DNA from: a virus
Lineage: Duplodnaviria > Caudoviricetes
DNA length: 64,000 nt
Strand: one strand, 5' to 3'
IMG/VR virus record: IMGVR_UViG_3300010260_000160
Location: 2,000-65,999 of that record
Shown: piece after piece, positions 21,098 through 33,500 of the stretch
How the letters are laid out: the number at the start of each line of letters is the position of its first letter
Position numbering within the stretch: position 1 is the first letter of the stretch
The notes under the pieces: model-generated
What the model was told of the DNA's origin: nothing
What the model saw: only the letters and a program-made list of their open reading frames with translations
The model's database searches: none
Made by a program: the position numbers and the translations under genes

Positions 21098-23324
21098 ATG
21101 TAGCTGCCGTCATCGGGCGTTTCCTTGACCTTAACATATTCGTCCCAGGACGGACACGCCGGACTATAGAAGGCCGGTCCATTTCATAATAAGAGATATG
21201 CATACCTATTGCCCGTGTCATCAAGAGGTCATCGTGTTTGCCTTTTACCGCACCGTATGCACCGTTCTGTTTCTTTTCGTATGTGAGATATTCATTCACA
21301 CATCGTTCATCCCTTTCTACATACAGATTCTCCCTGATAACTTTCCTGAGCGTGTCTATCAGTTCTGGCTTTGTCTTGATGTTGGTATGATAGCCATAAA
21401 TCTCCGTTTCTCCGTCATCCTGCGAATCGCTGGCTTTCTTCCTTGCGTATAGATTGTCGTAGTAACCCTTGATTCTCCGTAGAACAGATGCTCCATGGTC
21501 TGCTTCCGGGTCCTCTTTTTCCCTGTCGTGAGTTTCAAGTGTGTTACTCTCAATAACAAGCAGAGCATTATCATACCAAGCGGCAATACGAGCAGCCTCC
21601 CACGCCAATATGTCATAATCATCAGTATGTCCATACCATTGAGCAACTACCGTTGGTAAATCATCATCCAGCAAGCCAAGTCTGTCAAAGACTACAATGA
21701 CAGACCAGTCAGCCTTACTTGACCTTCCACCAATATCTACAACAACCAAGTAACGGTCAGTTATCTTCTCATATTCATCTATCTCCGGAGGAGACCATAC
21801 CCAGAATAGTCCCTGATTATCTTTTATGAATCTAACATTCCTCAGTCCTGCTTCTCCTTCCTGCGCATCTGCATAGACATCTCCAATCATCTGCGGTACA
21901 CGGCAGGTCTTTCTGAAATTTTCGACTTTGTATTTGTCAAATACCATCTGTCCGGAATGGACAAATGCTTCAATGTCATCAGAAGGGAACTCGGATGCCA
22001 TAACTGCGTGGGAGTTCTTTCCGGCCCTCTCGTGAATATACCAGTTGATTGCTTCGAGCGTTGCTCCTTTCTCCCATAACCAATACAGGTATCTTCCCGG
22101 CTCCTCACGGTTGGACATAACATTGTCATTGTTACGGTTGAGGTAGAGCATACGGGCAAATTCGTACACGCTCCCTTCGATGTCAAGAGAATATTCGTCA
22201 ATCTCATACCACGCAATGAACAGAGCCTCAAACAGAGACAATCCATTTTTCGCAGCATCATATTCAGTCTGGAAGAAGTTTCCGGTACCGTTGGCCGTTG
22301 ACTCCAGCACAATCATCGTGTATGGCTTCAAAAGAACTCCGGAGCAGGCCGACCTGACAATATCTTCCGGAGATTTATGGTCTGTTGTCTTCCACAGTCC
22401 GACCTCCGAAAGATGCACAAGGTTATAGTCACCTCCTCTGGATGAATCAGGCCGTTCAGCCGTACCGACTTTTATTTTGCACAGACGCTGCGGTACGCGG
22501 TGGATGCTTCCTGAATGACCTACACCAACCCACTTCGGTTCCTTATCGTCATACACAGCCCCAAGTTTGTTGAGCAGATCCAGCGGATATGCCTTAATCA
22601 TTCTGTCAAACATATCCTGAATCTCATCGGAAGCTGTTCCCTGATGTGCAACGATAAGAGAGTTGAGTCCGACGCGGTGACAAAGCTGCAACCACGCCAT
22701 ATACAACTGGATACAAGTGGAGCCACCCCATTGTCGTGCTTTTAGCAAAATCAAGCGGATAGGCTTGCCGGCCCTCCGCTTGGCTTCAAGTCTTTCAACC
22801 AACCTCCTTTGCGGACGGCTCAATTTGAAAAGAACATCCTCTCCTCCGCCCTTGGGCTTGATATAAACATAGAAAGCAGCCCAGAAAGCAAAGTCATATC
22901 GGCTTCGTATGCGGCATATTACATTCGCTATGTCTTGAATAGCCTCGTCAATATCATCAGGGTCTTCCAGGTCATAGTCCATATTGCCGGCATTCACTTC
23001 CGATTCAATGAAAGAGCGGATACTGCCGTACTTCAGAATCTCCTTGATGAGAGGAATCTTCATCATTTCTGGCGGCAGATACCACGCATATCCAAATTCG
23101 GGAAGGAAGATGCGGACACGCTCGCTCATAAACAATGAGCCCTCGCCGGTAACCGGGTCGAACTTGGCTGTTATCAAGTTCCTCCTCCTTTGGTTTTCGG
23201 CGATGATTTCAAGGACCTTCTTATGTATTTCCGCTTCTGACTGTTTTGATTGAGCGGAGGCTACATGAACAGGTGCCTGTATTTCTTTTTCCTCTGCTCG
23301 TACCATTGCTTCTTGATATAGCAA
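21093..23324 (-). CDS. terL: Terminase large subunit
   Basis: LLKARQWGGST (Walker A), VHLSEVGLW (Walker B), ESTANG (coupling motif), VVVDIGG and HDDLLM (RNase H-like nuclease). Start codon uncertain because it overlaps the upstream gene. Confidence 0.93.
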   Translation of the reverse strand: MLYQEAMVRAEEKEIQAPVHVASAQSKQSEAEIHKKVLEIIAENQRRRNLITAKFDPVTGEGSLFMSERVRIFLPEFGYAWYLPPEMMKIPLIKEILKYGSIRSFIESEVNAGNMDYDLEDPDDIDEAIQDIANVICRIRSRYDFAFWAAFYVYIKPKGGGEDVLFKLSRPQRRLVERLEAKRRAGKPIRLILLKARQWGGSTCIQLYMAWLQLCHRVGLNSLIVAHQGTASDEIQDMFDRMIKAYPLDLLNKLGAVYDDKEPKWVGVGHSGSIHRVPQRLCKIKVGTAERPDSSRGGDYNLVHLSEVGLWKTTDHKSPEDIVRSACSGVLLKPYTMIVLESTANGTGNFFQTEYDAAKNGLSLFEALFIAWYEIDEYSLDIEGSVYEFARMLYLNRNNDNVMSNREEPGRYLYWLWEKGATLEAINWYIHERAGKNSHAVMASEFPSDDIEAFVHSGQMVFDKYKVENFRKTCRVPQMIGDVYADAQEGEAGLRNVRFIKDNQGLFWVWSPPEIDEYEKITDRYLVVVDIGGRSSKADWSVIVVFDRLGLLDDDLPTVVAQWYGHTDDYDILAWEAARIAAWYDNALLVIESNTLETHDREKEDPEADHGASVLRRIKGYYDNLYARKKASDSQDDGETEIYGYHTNIKTKPELIDTLRKVIRENLYVERDERCVNEYLTYEKKQNGAYGAVKGKHDDLLMTRAIGMHISYYEMDRPSIVRRVRPGTNMLRSRKRPMTAATL

Positions 23325-23695
23325 ATAAACACCCGTGCTGATTCCGGAGTAAGATAAAACTTGGGTGCCGGTTGTTGAACAACTTCAAAAGTCAAATCAT
23401 AGATTGAATCGTTGGGATGCTCTTTCTTTAGTTCAAGCACTCGTCTGTATATCTCCTCATACATCTCTCTCTTGTTGGGGCGCATCTGCGCAATACTCTG
23501 TCCCTTGTACATATTGGAAATGACTATTGAAGCCCTTTCCTCGCTTACATAGAATCTCCTCGCGGGCATTTCTACAACTTTTCTGTACAATTCTTTTGTA
23601 TTGCCATTATGTGAGCACAAGACCTCCTTATATGCGTCCATGAGGTCTTCATTACGCATATCCTCATATTCAAATGTGCTCCCAACATTCTTCAT
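23261..23695 (-). CDS. Conserved phage protein upstream of the terminase (regulator or packaging accessory)
   Basis: 144 aa with two internal repeats, PARRFYVSEERA and PAPKFYLTPESA; co-oriented with terL. Confidence 0.6.
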   Translation of the reverse strand: MKNVGSTFEYEDMRNEDLMDAYKEVLCSHNGNTKELYRKVVEMPARRFYVSEERASIVISNMYKGQSIAQMRPNKREMYEEIYRRVLELKKEHPNDSIYDLTFEVVQQPAPKFYLTPESARVFICYIKKQWYEQRKKKYRHLFM

Positions 23696-23767
23696 TTAAC
23701 GCTTTAATCTTCGTAAAAATAACAATAATTATGTAAAAGATAAAATAAACATTACAAATTGCACATT

Positions 23768-23775
23768 TATATTTG
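23768..23775 (+). promoter_or_regulatory. Bacteroidota -7 promoter box for the head operon
   Basis: TATATTTG in the AT-rich divergent intergenic region, 34 nt before the ATG at 23810. Confidence 0.55.
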
Positions 23776-23809
23776 TTCAGTAAAGTTTCATAAACCAATA
23801 TTTTAAGAT

Positions 23810-24535
23810 ATGGCAGAACCAGCAAAGTCCAAGAGAGACACCTTTCTTTCCGGAAGGTACCCTGGCCGTCAGTTCGCCGATGACGAAGAAATGTTTGGCC
23901 AGATAGGTCAGGACTTCGACGCTCTCGAAAACGAAAAGAATACTCTCGCACAGCGTGAGAAGAATTTTTCAAATTTCATTTCAGCAGACCCGAGAAATGC
24001 CGGCCTCTTTATGCGTATCAAACGCGGCGAGGACCCTATTCTTTGGCTCGTCCGTCAATATGGACCAGACATCGCAGAGCGTGCTGATGACCCGGAATTT
24101 CAGAAACAGTTGGAGGAAGCACGCAAGGACTATCTCCAGCAACTGAAAGAATCAGAGAGGCTGAACAAGGAATACGATGACAACATCGAATCCACCGTGG
24201 AGAACATTGATTCATTTGCCAAGGAAGTTGGCGATGAGGCAAAGGATGCCGTAATGAATGCCCTCTCAACTATCGTTCACGATTACATCTGCGGCAAAGT
24301 CACTTCGGAGACAATAAAGATGGTTGCCAACGGTCTGAACTACGAAACCGACATCGCCAATGCTGCCAAGGACGGAGAAATCCGTGGCCGCAACACCAAG
24401 ATTGACGAGAAGTTGAAGAAAGGTTCAAAAGGCGATGGCACAATCCAACTCGGCGGAAGGGATGTGACGGCAGGTTCCGGCAATGTCCGTAAACGCTCAA
24501 ATCCAATATTCGACCTTGCCGAGCAAGCAAAATAG
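23810..24535 (+). CDS. Putative capsid scaffolding protein
   Basis: 241 aa, charged and helical, directly upstream of the capsid gene, with a short conserved-looking C-terminal tail (NPIFDLAEQAK). Confidence 0.6.
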   Translation: MAEPAKSKRDTFLSGRYPGRQFADDEEMFGQIGQDFDALENEKNTLAQREKNFSNFISADPRNAGLFMRIKRGEDPILWLVRQYGPDIAERADDPEFQKQLEEARKDYLQQLKESERLNKEYDDNIESTVENIDSFAKEVGDEAKDAVMNALSTIVHDYICGKVTSETIKMVANGLNYETDIANAAKDGEIRGRNTKIDEKLKKGSKGDGTIQLGGRDVTAGSGNVRKRSNPIFDLAEQAK

Positions 24536-24566
24536 AGTTTTACCAACCAATAAAATCATTTTTACT

Positions 24567-26123
24567 ATGGCAGAAACAGCAACTGTTGTACCTGGTGAGG
24601 TGGTTCAGCCAACCTCTGTAACACCCACCCCCGGACCCGGAAGCGCGGGTCTTCCTACACAGGTTCCCGGCCAAGCAACTACCGTCAGCGGGGCAGCAGC
24701 CGCTACTGGTGGAGTTGACGCTGGTAATCTTATCGTCCCTGACATTGACGAAGACCTCTTTGAATTTGAAAAGGACGACAACCCTCTTATGCAGCTCATG
24801 CTGAAGGCAAAGAAAGTAACAGTCACTTCACCTGAGGTTGACCACTATATGCTGGATGAGCCGGCTGATGGCTGCGAAACAAATGCAACTCTCGAAGCAT
24901 CCTCCGGACAGACAGCAGTCCTTCCAGTTGATGCGAAATATCAGAAGTATTTCCATCCATACGACACCGTTCTCGTGAAAGATGTAGATGGATATACCGA
25001 AGACGGTTCCGAGAAGACACCGGGCAAGGACCTGATGCTTTTCGTCACAGGTATTGACCCTACAACAAACAATCCTATTGTCCGTGCAGTCAATGGCCCT
25101 CGTGACAACAAGACTGACGATTGGTGCAAATGTCCGAAGATTCCTTCAGGAACATATCTTGTCTTCCTGACCAATGCTCTGTACGAAACGCAGAAAGAAG
25201 TCGAACCTGACCTCATCCTCCCTACTCCGGAGCGTTTCTATCTCCAGAAATCAGGAATGAATCAGGTGGTGTCTGATTACTTCGATTCGCAGAAGAAGCG
25301 CATCCCATTCAACGAGGCTATCGTAGCAGAGAAGGCCCTGCGCAACTACAAGCGTAAATGCAACCGTTCTCTGTGGGCATCTCGAAAGAGCAAATTCCTC
25401 GTCAAGGCTGACAAGAATATGGGTTCACAGTTTGTTTATACTGCTGAAGGAGTTCGTTGGCAGTTCAAGCGTGAACTCCAGCACACCGGCAAGTGGACCG
25501 TAGAGGAACTCATCGCACTCGTGAAGATGTTCAAGAACGGCGAGGATGTTCCGGAGGGAGGCGTATTCCTCGTAGGTACAAACCTGCTTGAGCAGCTCCA
25601 GTGCATCGATTACACTGGTCATCCGGAAATCACAATCACTTCTGCTGTCAATCCAATTGGATGGAAGGTCACGAGAATTACGACTATTTTCGGAGACCTC
25701 GACATCAAGCAGGAGCGCACTCTTGACCGTCTGCATTGGTCAAACTCTGGTGCTGTTCTTGGCTACAACCGTCTCGTACACTACAGCAGGACAGCGGAAC
25801 ACTCATTTGAGGAAGATGTCGAAGGACAGGAGGCAAAACGCACCGGCATCCTCAAATGGGATTGCCTCGGGCTCAAAGGCTCTTGCCACATCTGGATTGA
25901 TGGCGAAGGTGCCTCTGCAAATGATGGCGCAGTAACCATCTCTTACTGGAACTCCAATGAGGCTCCTGCAGGTAGCGACCTTGTTAACGGCCGTGTTTAC
26001 TACCTCCTGCAGGATTGTGCCGGAATCAATGCTGATGCAAAAGCAGGTCAGTTGTGGCAGGTAAAGATTGTATCAGAATCACCAGTCTGGTCTGAATACA
26101 CCGGAACTGTCTATGGCAACTGA
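24567..26123 (+). CDS. Major capsid protein
   Basis: Position after the scaffold; Thr/Pro-rich N-arm, then NPLMQLMLKAKKV...EVDHY, FYLQKSG and EGVRWQFKRE segments typical of HK97-fold capsids in this phage group. Start moved from 24483 to ATG 24567 because the scaffold gene ends at 24535. Confidence 0.75.
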   Translation: MAETATVVPGEVVQPTSVTPTPGPGSAGLPTQVPGQATTVSGAAAATGGVDAGNLIVPDIDEDLFEFEKDDNPLMQLMLKAKKVTVTSPEVDHYMLDEPADGCETNATLEASSGQTAVLPVDAKYQKYFHPYDTVLVKDVDGYTEDGSEKTPGKDLMLFVTGIDPTTNNPIVRAVNGPRDNKTDDWCKCPKIPSGTYLVFLTNALYETQKEVEPDLILPTPERFYLQKSGMNQVVSDYFDSQKKRIPFNEAIVAEKALRNYKRKCNRSLWASRKSKFLVKADKNMGSQFVYTAEGVRWQFKRELQHTGKWTVEELIALVKMFKNGEDVPEGGVFLVGTNLLEQLQCIDYTGHPEITITSAVNPIGWKVTRITTIFGDLDIKQERTLDRLHWSNSGAVLGYNRLVHYSRTAEHSFEEDVEGQEAKRTGILKWDCLGLKGSCHIWIDGEGASANDGAVTISYWNSNEAPAGSDLVNGRVYYLLQDCAGINADAKAGQLWQVKIVSESPVWSEYTGTVYGN

Positions 26124-26145
26124 TAGCCAGTAGAGCAGCCGCCCT

Positions 26146-26184
26146 ATGGGGAGGGTGACAAAACGGTCCCCCTCCCCATTTTTA
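26146..26184 (+). terminator. Intrinsic terminator after the capsid gene
   Basis: ATGGGGAGGGTGAC-AAAACG-GTCCCCCTCCCCAT stem (one mismatch) followed by a T run. Confidence 0.75.
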
Positions 26185-26216
26185 CCAACAGAGAATGTAA
26201 CTCAAAACCAAGAAAG

Positions 26217-26861
26217 ATGAAAATCTACAGAAAAACATACGGAGTCAAAAACCTTATGGAATGGCAGGCGAACATTCCAGTTGGCAAGGGTAGGCTCACA
26301 GTTCATTTCGCAGGTGGAACCAGAACCGCCTATGGTCTTACTCCTGCAACATACAAGAGCGAGGACCCAATCCTACAGACTATCATAGAAAAGAGTGATT
26401 ATTTCCGTTCCGGAAGAATCTTCCTCGTGAAGTCTGAGTTCATTAAAGATGTTCCTGACCCAGTTCCTGCAGCACCTGCACAGAAGCCTGCAAAGGTAGA
26501 AGAACCTGCTCCGAAGTCCGAGCCAACCGTTACTGATTCAGACGAGCAGGCAAAGGCCGATGAATCAGACGGGAATGCCCAGAACGAGCAGACAGGACCG
26601 TCAAATGCCATTCCAACATCAGAAGACATTGCACCTGCACAGGGAGAACAAACAAATTCTGATGCTGACAACGGCCAGAAAGAAATCACGATTGATGAGA
26701 ACGGCTTTGCTGTCGTTGATGTTACTTGCACAGAAGACGCTCGCCGTTATCTCATTGACAATTTCGGGTTCACACCTTCGGCGGTCCGCACAAAGGACTT
26801 TATCAGGAATAAAGCAGCGGCAAACAAAATCAAGTTCACCGTAAATGGAGCAGAACTCTAA
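26217..26861 (+). CDS. Putative virion structural protein
   Basis: 214 aa; globular N- and C-terminal parts joined by a Pro/Ala/Glu linker; lies between capsid and adaptor. Confidence 0.5.
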   Translation: MKIYRKTYGVKNLMEWQANIPVGKGRLTVHFAGGTRTAYGLTPATYKSEDPILQTIIEKSDYFRSGRIFLVKSEFIKDVPDPVPAAPAQKPAKVEEPAPKSEPTVTDSDEQAKADESDGNAQNEQTGPSNAIPTSEDIAPAQGEQTNSDADNGQKEITIDENGFAVVDVTCTEDARRYLIDNFGFTPSAVRTKDFIRNKAAANKIKFTVNGAEL

Positions 26862-26875
26862 AGGAGGTTTGCCGT

Positions 26876-27520
26876 ATGCTGTACTCTGTCAGTGAACTGA
26901 AAAAGGACATTCGTGTTGTCCTGGATCAGAATATGACCAGTGAGCAATTGTTCGAGACGGGCGACATTGACACGCTTTCATTGGAGGAAATCATAGAAAG
27001 CAAAATAGTCGATGCCGCCCGACTTGTTGAAACTAATGCACCTCTGTATTTGATTGATGGAGGAAAGCATTTCGATAGTAGCATAGATTGGGACAGTGCT
27101 CACGGATATGGTGGCGGAAGAATACTCCTTCCGGAAGATTTTATGCGTCTCGTTTCCTTTATGATGAGTGACTGGGACTACCCCGTAAGCGCGGCATTGA
27201 CCGAGGATGACCCGGAATACGCAATGCAGAGAAGTCGTTATCCCGGAATCAAAGGGAATCCGCAGAGGCCGGTAGTAGCAATAACCACACAGCCAGCCGG
27301 CCAAGTTCTGGAATTTTATTCCTGTACGGCAGGAGAATCAGTCTATGTCCGCAGAGCGCAGTACCTGCCTATGCCGGAAATCAAGGATGATATGATTGAT
27401 TTGTGTGTAAAACTGCGCCGCTCAATAGTCTATCGCGCAGCCAGTCTTGTTGCTACAGCAATAGGGCAGACAGATTTGGCTGCTGCATTGTTGAATACTT
27501 GTAATGAACTTATGTCATGA
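26876..27520 (+). CDS. Putative head-tail adaptor protein
   Basis: 214 aa; position in the structural operon; helical N- and C-termini flanking a beta-rich core (LPEDFMRLVSFMMSDW). Confidence 0.5.
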   Translation: MLYSVSELKKDIRVVLDQNMTSEQLFETGDIDTLSLEEIIESKIVDAARLVETNAPLYLIDGGKHFDSSIDWDSAHGYGGGRILLPEDFMRLVSFMMSDWDYPVSAALTEDDPEYAMQRSRYPGIKGNPQRPVVAITTQPAGQVLEFYSCTAGESVYVRRAQYLPMPEIKDDMIDLCVKLRRSIVYRAASLVATAIGQTDLAAALLNTCNELMS

Positions 27521-30500
27521 GTGATTTAAGAAATCTTGGATTATTCGCAACCGTGGATGCACTCTGGGCCGAACATCCGGAAGGAGGCCAAGAGGGAGAT
27601 TATGCATTCATAGGCGAATCGGAGCAGACCGCGACTAAGTATCGTTGGAACAAATACGAGAGGATTTGGGAAAATGCTGCCACAGTCACGGAGACTTCCG
27701 GAAAGAAAAGCGAAACTTTCGATGGCGATAAAACCATCAACGGAAATGTTTCCGTAGGTGGCAATGTAAAAGTCACTGGGGACACAAAACTCCAAGGCAA
27801 CGCCAGCGTCAGTGGTAATCTCAAAGTGGGAGGTGTGCTTGATGCGGCAAAAGTGAAGCAACCTTGCTGCGGCCTATTTGATACCTTGACTGCATTAAGA
27901 ACTGCATATCCAACCCCTGAGGATGGTTGGTGGGCAGTTGTCGGTAGCACAGTACCTGGACCGATATACAGAGCAAAAAACGGTGTATGGTCGGCAACTG
28001 GAGAAGAAGGTGGCGGTGCTGAACTTGATGTTACCCGTATCACCAATATTGAAGAAAAGAATGCCGAGCAGGACGAGAAAATTTCAGAGCTGCAAACGAG
28101 TGACACTCAAGCGACACGCGACAGAGACACCCTCTGGGAACATGTCAATAATATCGAGTACCTGCTGAACGGCGAGGAAGGCGAAAATGTGTCAGAAGCC
28201 ATTGAGAACTTCAAAGAGGTAGTTGAGTTCCTATCCGGAGTGAAGGATGATTCCACTCTAATCGCTTTGCTCGAAGCATTGAAAGCAATGGCTACCAATG
28301 GTTATTCCTTCAAAGGTGTAGCCAACCCCGAATCCCGCGACCTGATTACATTCACAGAGTTGAAGCCTTCACAGCCGGAAGCATATCTTGCACTTTCAGA
28401 AGGTGAATATTGGCAGTTTGGGTGGACTTCATCATTGACACCAGTAGATGTAGCTACAGATACACCAAGAGTGTTGCTTGGTGCAAATGAAGTCGCTTTT
28501 GTCCTTTACAACAATGGCTGGTCAGCAATCAAGATTGATTTGGCAAAGAAGACCTATGTAGATTCAAAGGTCAGCGAAATTGAAAAGAGGCTTGACAACA
28601 TCGGAGATGAGATTACTGCACTGAATGTTCCTGCTGCAATCTATAATCCAACTGTCGAGCACCCTTTGTCCGGTGGCGGCTATTACTCCTTGGAAGACAA
28701 CGAACACCCTTCACTGTCTGCCGTGCATGTAGCCAAAGCCAACGGCAAGGCCGTCAAGGGACTTATGATGTCCTTTGCAATCTCCGCTTCGGTATGGAAG
28801 ACATATCAGTTTGTCGGTTTGACAACAGAGGATGTGGACTGGTTCAATATTGACAACTGGAAGGACTTCGGTTCGCTGGCCGCAGGAAGCGAGAACTACA
28901 TCATCATAGATAATCTTTGTGGTGCTCCTTCTGTTGGCGACTTCTATAACCTGCAATCGGCAGTTGAGCGTCTTATTGCCTACCAGCAGACATCCGGAGT
29001 GACCTACGCAAAGCGAGGACTTATCATTTCGTATCTCGTGGCAGAGAACACGATGGAGACGAAGATGTTCAATGGAGCATTGGCTGACTTCTCTGAAGTT
29101 GGTTTATGGAAAGACTTTGGCGGCGGTGGCTCAAAAGTGGAGACCAAAGACGAGCCGCAGTCTGACGGCAAAGATGCGTTTTCGACCGGAGGTGCCTATA
29201 ACCTTCTGCCTACCGGAATCCGTGTAAACACAGAGGAGGAAGGCATTGTGAAACTCGCTCTGGTAAACGCAAACGGAGAGGACATAACAGATGAGGAACA
29301 ATTTTCAGTTGGGACCGGGACAGGTGGCGGAGGTGGCTCTGCTACCATAGTGAACATCAACTTCGAGGAATCCCCTCTGTACGGAAATGCAGGAGGAAAT
29401 TTCATCCTTCGAGCGTCAATCCGTTCTATTACTGTTGTCGGACTGGAAGAACAGGACAATACAATCAATACCATTGAATTGTATGACAGAGACACGAATA
29501 CTCTCTTGGAGAAAGTTATCGTGAATAAGGCTTCATCAGCAACAAGCCAGACCTATGACTTTGTGCTCGATGTCTCTAAATACTTCTCTAACGCCGGAGT
29601 TCGCAGGCTCAAACTCGTAGCGACAGACGACACGGACCATTCCGCATCACGAAATGTCAATGTGACAGCAGTGGATGTAACTATTTCAAGTGTTCAGACA
29701 CTTCAATATACATCATCCACGGCTCTTGTTGCTGGTGGTGCAGCTAAATCCATTCCACTGTATAAGTTCGCCAACAATGCATCAGATAAAGGAATCAATG
29801 CCATCACGGAAATATACATTGGCGGAGAATGGAAAGAACTCGGGCAAGCAATAATAACCGACACCTACTCTCACGGAGTTTCTATCAATCCTTCAAACTG
29901 CCTTGGCCAGACACTTTCACACGGTGCATATCCAATCCGAGTTCACGGTGTGGATGTAGCTTCCGGAGTTGTCGGAAACTATCTCTATTCCGGAATCTTT
30001 GTGATTGACGAGAATAGTGTCACTCCGCTTGTTGTAGAGAGCTGGATTAGCGAGACTGTGAATCCTGTCGTCAAACTCTATGATACGATAGAAGTGCAGT
30101 ATGCAGTCTATGCGCCTTCAAGCACATTCCCTACCGCACAGGTCTATCTGGACGGTGTTCAAGTGCAGTCTCATACAGCATACCGTTCTGTGTCATACAC
30201 ATATCGTCACCAGGTTACTGGAGTGGCATCTGATGGAACTGTGTCACAGATTGTCAAGGTTCGATGTGGCGAGACTTACGGGCCGGATGCGTCTTTCCTC
30301 GTTTCCGGTTCAGTAATCGATGCTGCGTTAAAGGACGGAGCAATCTACGCATTTGATTTCTCAAACAGAAGCAATGATGAGGAAGACCACACCATTGAGA
30401 GTGGAGGACAGAGCATCGTTCTGAACGGTTCCAACTGGTCAACAACCGGATTCAAGGAGTTTAACGGAGAAATGGCATTGCGCTTTGCAGAGGATGTAAC

Positions 30501-33500
30501 AGGCACTCTCAGCCATCGTCCATTCTCAAAGGCTACTGTTGAGACCAATGGCCTTGGTATTCAGTTCAAGTTCGCTTCAAAGAATCTCACGGATGATAAT
30601 GCAGTGCTGATGGAATGTCGTGATGCCAACAACGGTGCCGGATTCTATGTGACCGGTCGGGCTGTCGGAATCCAAGTCGGAACATCCAAGGAAGAACGCT
30701 TCTATAAACAGGGCGAAGACATCACCGTTGACATCGTTGTTGAACCTGCATTAGAAGGTTTGGGACAGACACGCAACGGTACGACTTACTACTTTATGAA
30801 GTTGTACCTCAACGGAGAGGAAGTCGCAGTACTCAGTTATATCCCAGGTCAGTCCAATCTTGTACAAAACAGTGACATCCGTTTCTATGGTACGGAAGGT
30901 GACTTTTATCTGTACTATTGCATTGCTTGGGAAGACTATTTCCTTTTCGACCAGGCATTCCAGAACTACCTCGTCAAACTGACGGACACCACGGCAATGG
31001 CGGAGGAGTATGATTTCGAGAATGTGATGGCATCTCAGGCCGTGACAGAACTCGGAATCCTTTCGACAAAGTTGCGTCCGCAGGCAGCAGCTCTGGCGGA
31101 ACGAGGACTACCATACATCATAGAATGTCCGTACAACGGTTCAGACATTGAGGCCCTTGACAACACAACAAGCACAAAGACCAACAACTATGTGATACTC
31201 TATTACATAGACCCGTTACGGCCTTGGACAAACTTTGTGGCTTATGATGTTCGCAGAAGGAATCAAGGAACCACATCAGCGAAACGCCCGGTAAAGAATC
31301 CTCGTTATTATTTTGCACAGAAGTATGGCTCCACCTACGACAAAGCCACCAAGACCGGCGGAACACGAATTGTCCTTCTTAACCCGGATAATACTACGGA
31401 GGAAGGACGCAGGGCAATCGCTCTGGCAGCAATCAACAAGGTGCAGATTAACGGCAGCTCAATCCCAGTGGACATCATTACAGTCAAAGTCGATTTCTCA
31501 GACAGCTCGAATGCAAATGACTGTGGCGTTTGTGATATGATGAATGCCACCTTCCGTGCCCTTGGCGGTCAGTATCTCACTCCGGCTCAAAGGGCATTTG
31601 ACGGAACTTGGAAAAAAGGAAGCATAGAGTTGGAAGGACTTGTGATGAACCATTCAACTGCAAACTTCCCTGTTGCAATGTACCGTTCAAAAAGTGAGTC
31701 TGGATCTGAACCGTACTTCCACGCAAAAGGTAACTGGAAAGAGGACAAGAAGGAACAGACTGCACTCGGTTTCATCAACACGCCGGGATATACACTCGGA
31801 TGTTTGAATTATGGTGAGTTTATAGAGTTCTATGGACAGAAAGGTGAAAGCCTTGCTGACGAAAAGGCTCGCTTCCTCTCAACATCAGGTCTTAATACCG
31901 GAGAAACATACATTCTGACACAGTATTGCGGTCCGTCTTACATCATAATGGAGTATAACGGCACTAACTGGGAGGAACAGACTGGCTCAATGGTGCAGAA
32001 CGCCAATGGCAAATGGACTGTGACCGGAAAGGTGCTCAATCCAACAGACGGTTTTGAACTCCTTAACTACCAGGGAATGGACTGGTTCAAGGGAGTTTCA
32101 TCAGTTGATGACCTTATGGCACCTTCCACCCAGTACTCTAAATGGGTGCAAACGCTCATAGATAATGGAGATATATCAATACAGAGTGCACCTGCGTGGA
32201 CTTACTATTTCGAGTGTCTCGTTGATGATGATGACCTTGCTATAGCATACGCCCTGGGAAAGAAGGTTCCTTATAATCTGCTTCGCTGGATGATGTTCTG
32301 CGATTCCTGCGATTATGACAAGTATGCCGGCACTGCTTTGTCCCGTTGGCGTACCGGATTGTGGAAATACGCATCTCCATATTCTTGTCTCGCATACGAT
32401 GTGTTCACAGACTATTCAGCGGCTGTTGACCAGAGAGCGAAGAATATGCAGCCGATGTGGTTCCTTGAGGATGGCTGTAAGATAGTCAACGGTGTAATCT
32501 ATAATCAGGATGGCGAGACTTACGAGGCCGCTACCGGGATGATGCCGATGAGGATGTATCTGAATAAGGTATATGACTGCGACACCTGTAACGGAAAGGA
32601 CAATGATGGAGGACAGACCATTGACGCGGAGGTGGACCCGAACAGAATGCCTGATGAGACATTCGTGAATCCGTATGCAGGATATAATTCAACATTGTTC
32701 AGGAACATCTTCTTGCAACCGGAGGTCATTGTAGATGCAGACGGAACTCTGCTTAATCTGCAAACAGTTGCTTCTGCAATGCGCTCCTGCACAGCCACCG
32801 TTGATGGAATCACTCTGCATCCGTTCTCTCCGGAAGGTGCAAAGCATTTCTTCATTGACCGCCGCATATCGCGCTGGCCAAAGAAAGTATCATCATACGA
32901 TGGAGAACGCAAGTACATTGATTTTACATCAACAACAGCCGACACACTTTATTTCTATGCTTTGCAGGGCCTTGGACTGACTTCGCTTCCTGCATTCATC
33001 GAAAGAAGGTACAGATACCGTGACGGATTCTTCGGTACCGGAGATTTCTTTTCCGGAGTTCTCGCCGGTCGTGTGAACGCTCCTGCAGGAGCAACAATCA
33101 AAATCAAGGCTGCAAAGTCAGGCTATTTCGGCATTGGTAATGATTCATCCGGCTCACTGTCAGAGAAAGTGTATCTGGAAGCCGGGCAGGAATACGCATT
33201 CACAAACTTCTCTCACGAGGAAGGTGCTCTGCTCTATATCTATCAGGCAGACCGTATGTCAATGATAGACCTTTCTCAAATTGCTCTTTCTGACAACTTC
33301 TCATTTGCAGTGATGACACTTGCGGAAAAGATTGTGCTCGGATATGAAGGCAAACAGGATTTGTCCATCCTGTCATACAACAAATTGACAAACCTGCAGC
33401 TTGGTGAACTGCCGTTCCTCAAGACGCTGGACATCAGAGGCACAATCATAACCAATGTAAATGCGGAGAACTGCCCTCGTCTGGAGTCCCTCTATGCCGC

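Noticed and set aside
24483-24566. N-terminal extensions given by the ORF track (also at 39547, 44658, 45015 and 52805)
   Set aside because: Most overlap upstream genes or regulatory elements; downstream ATGs with A-rich initiation regions fit better.
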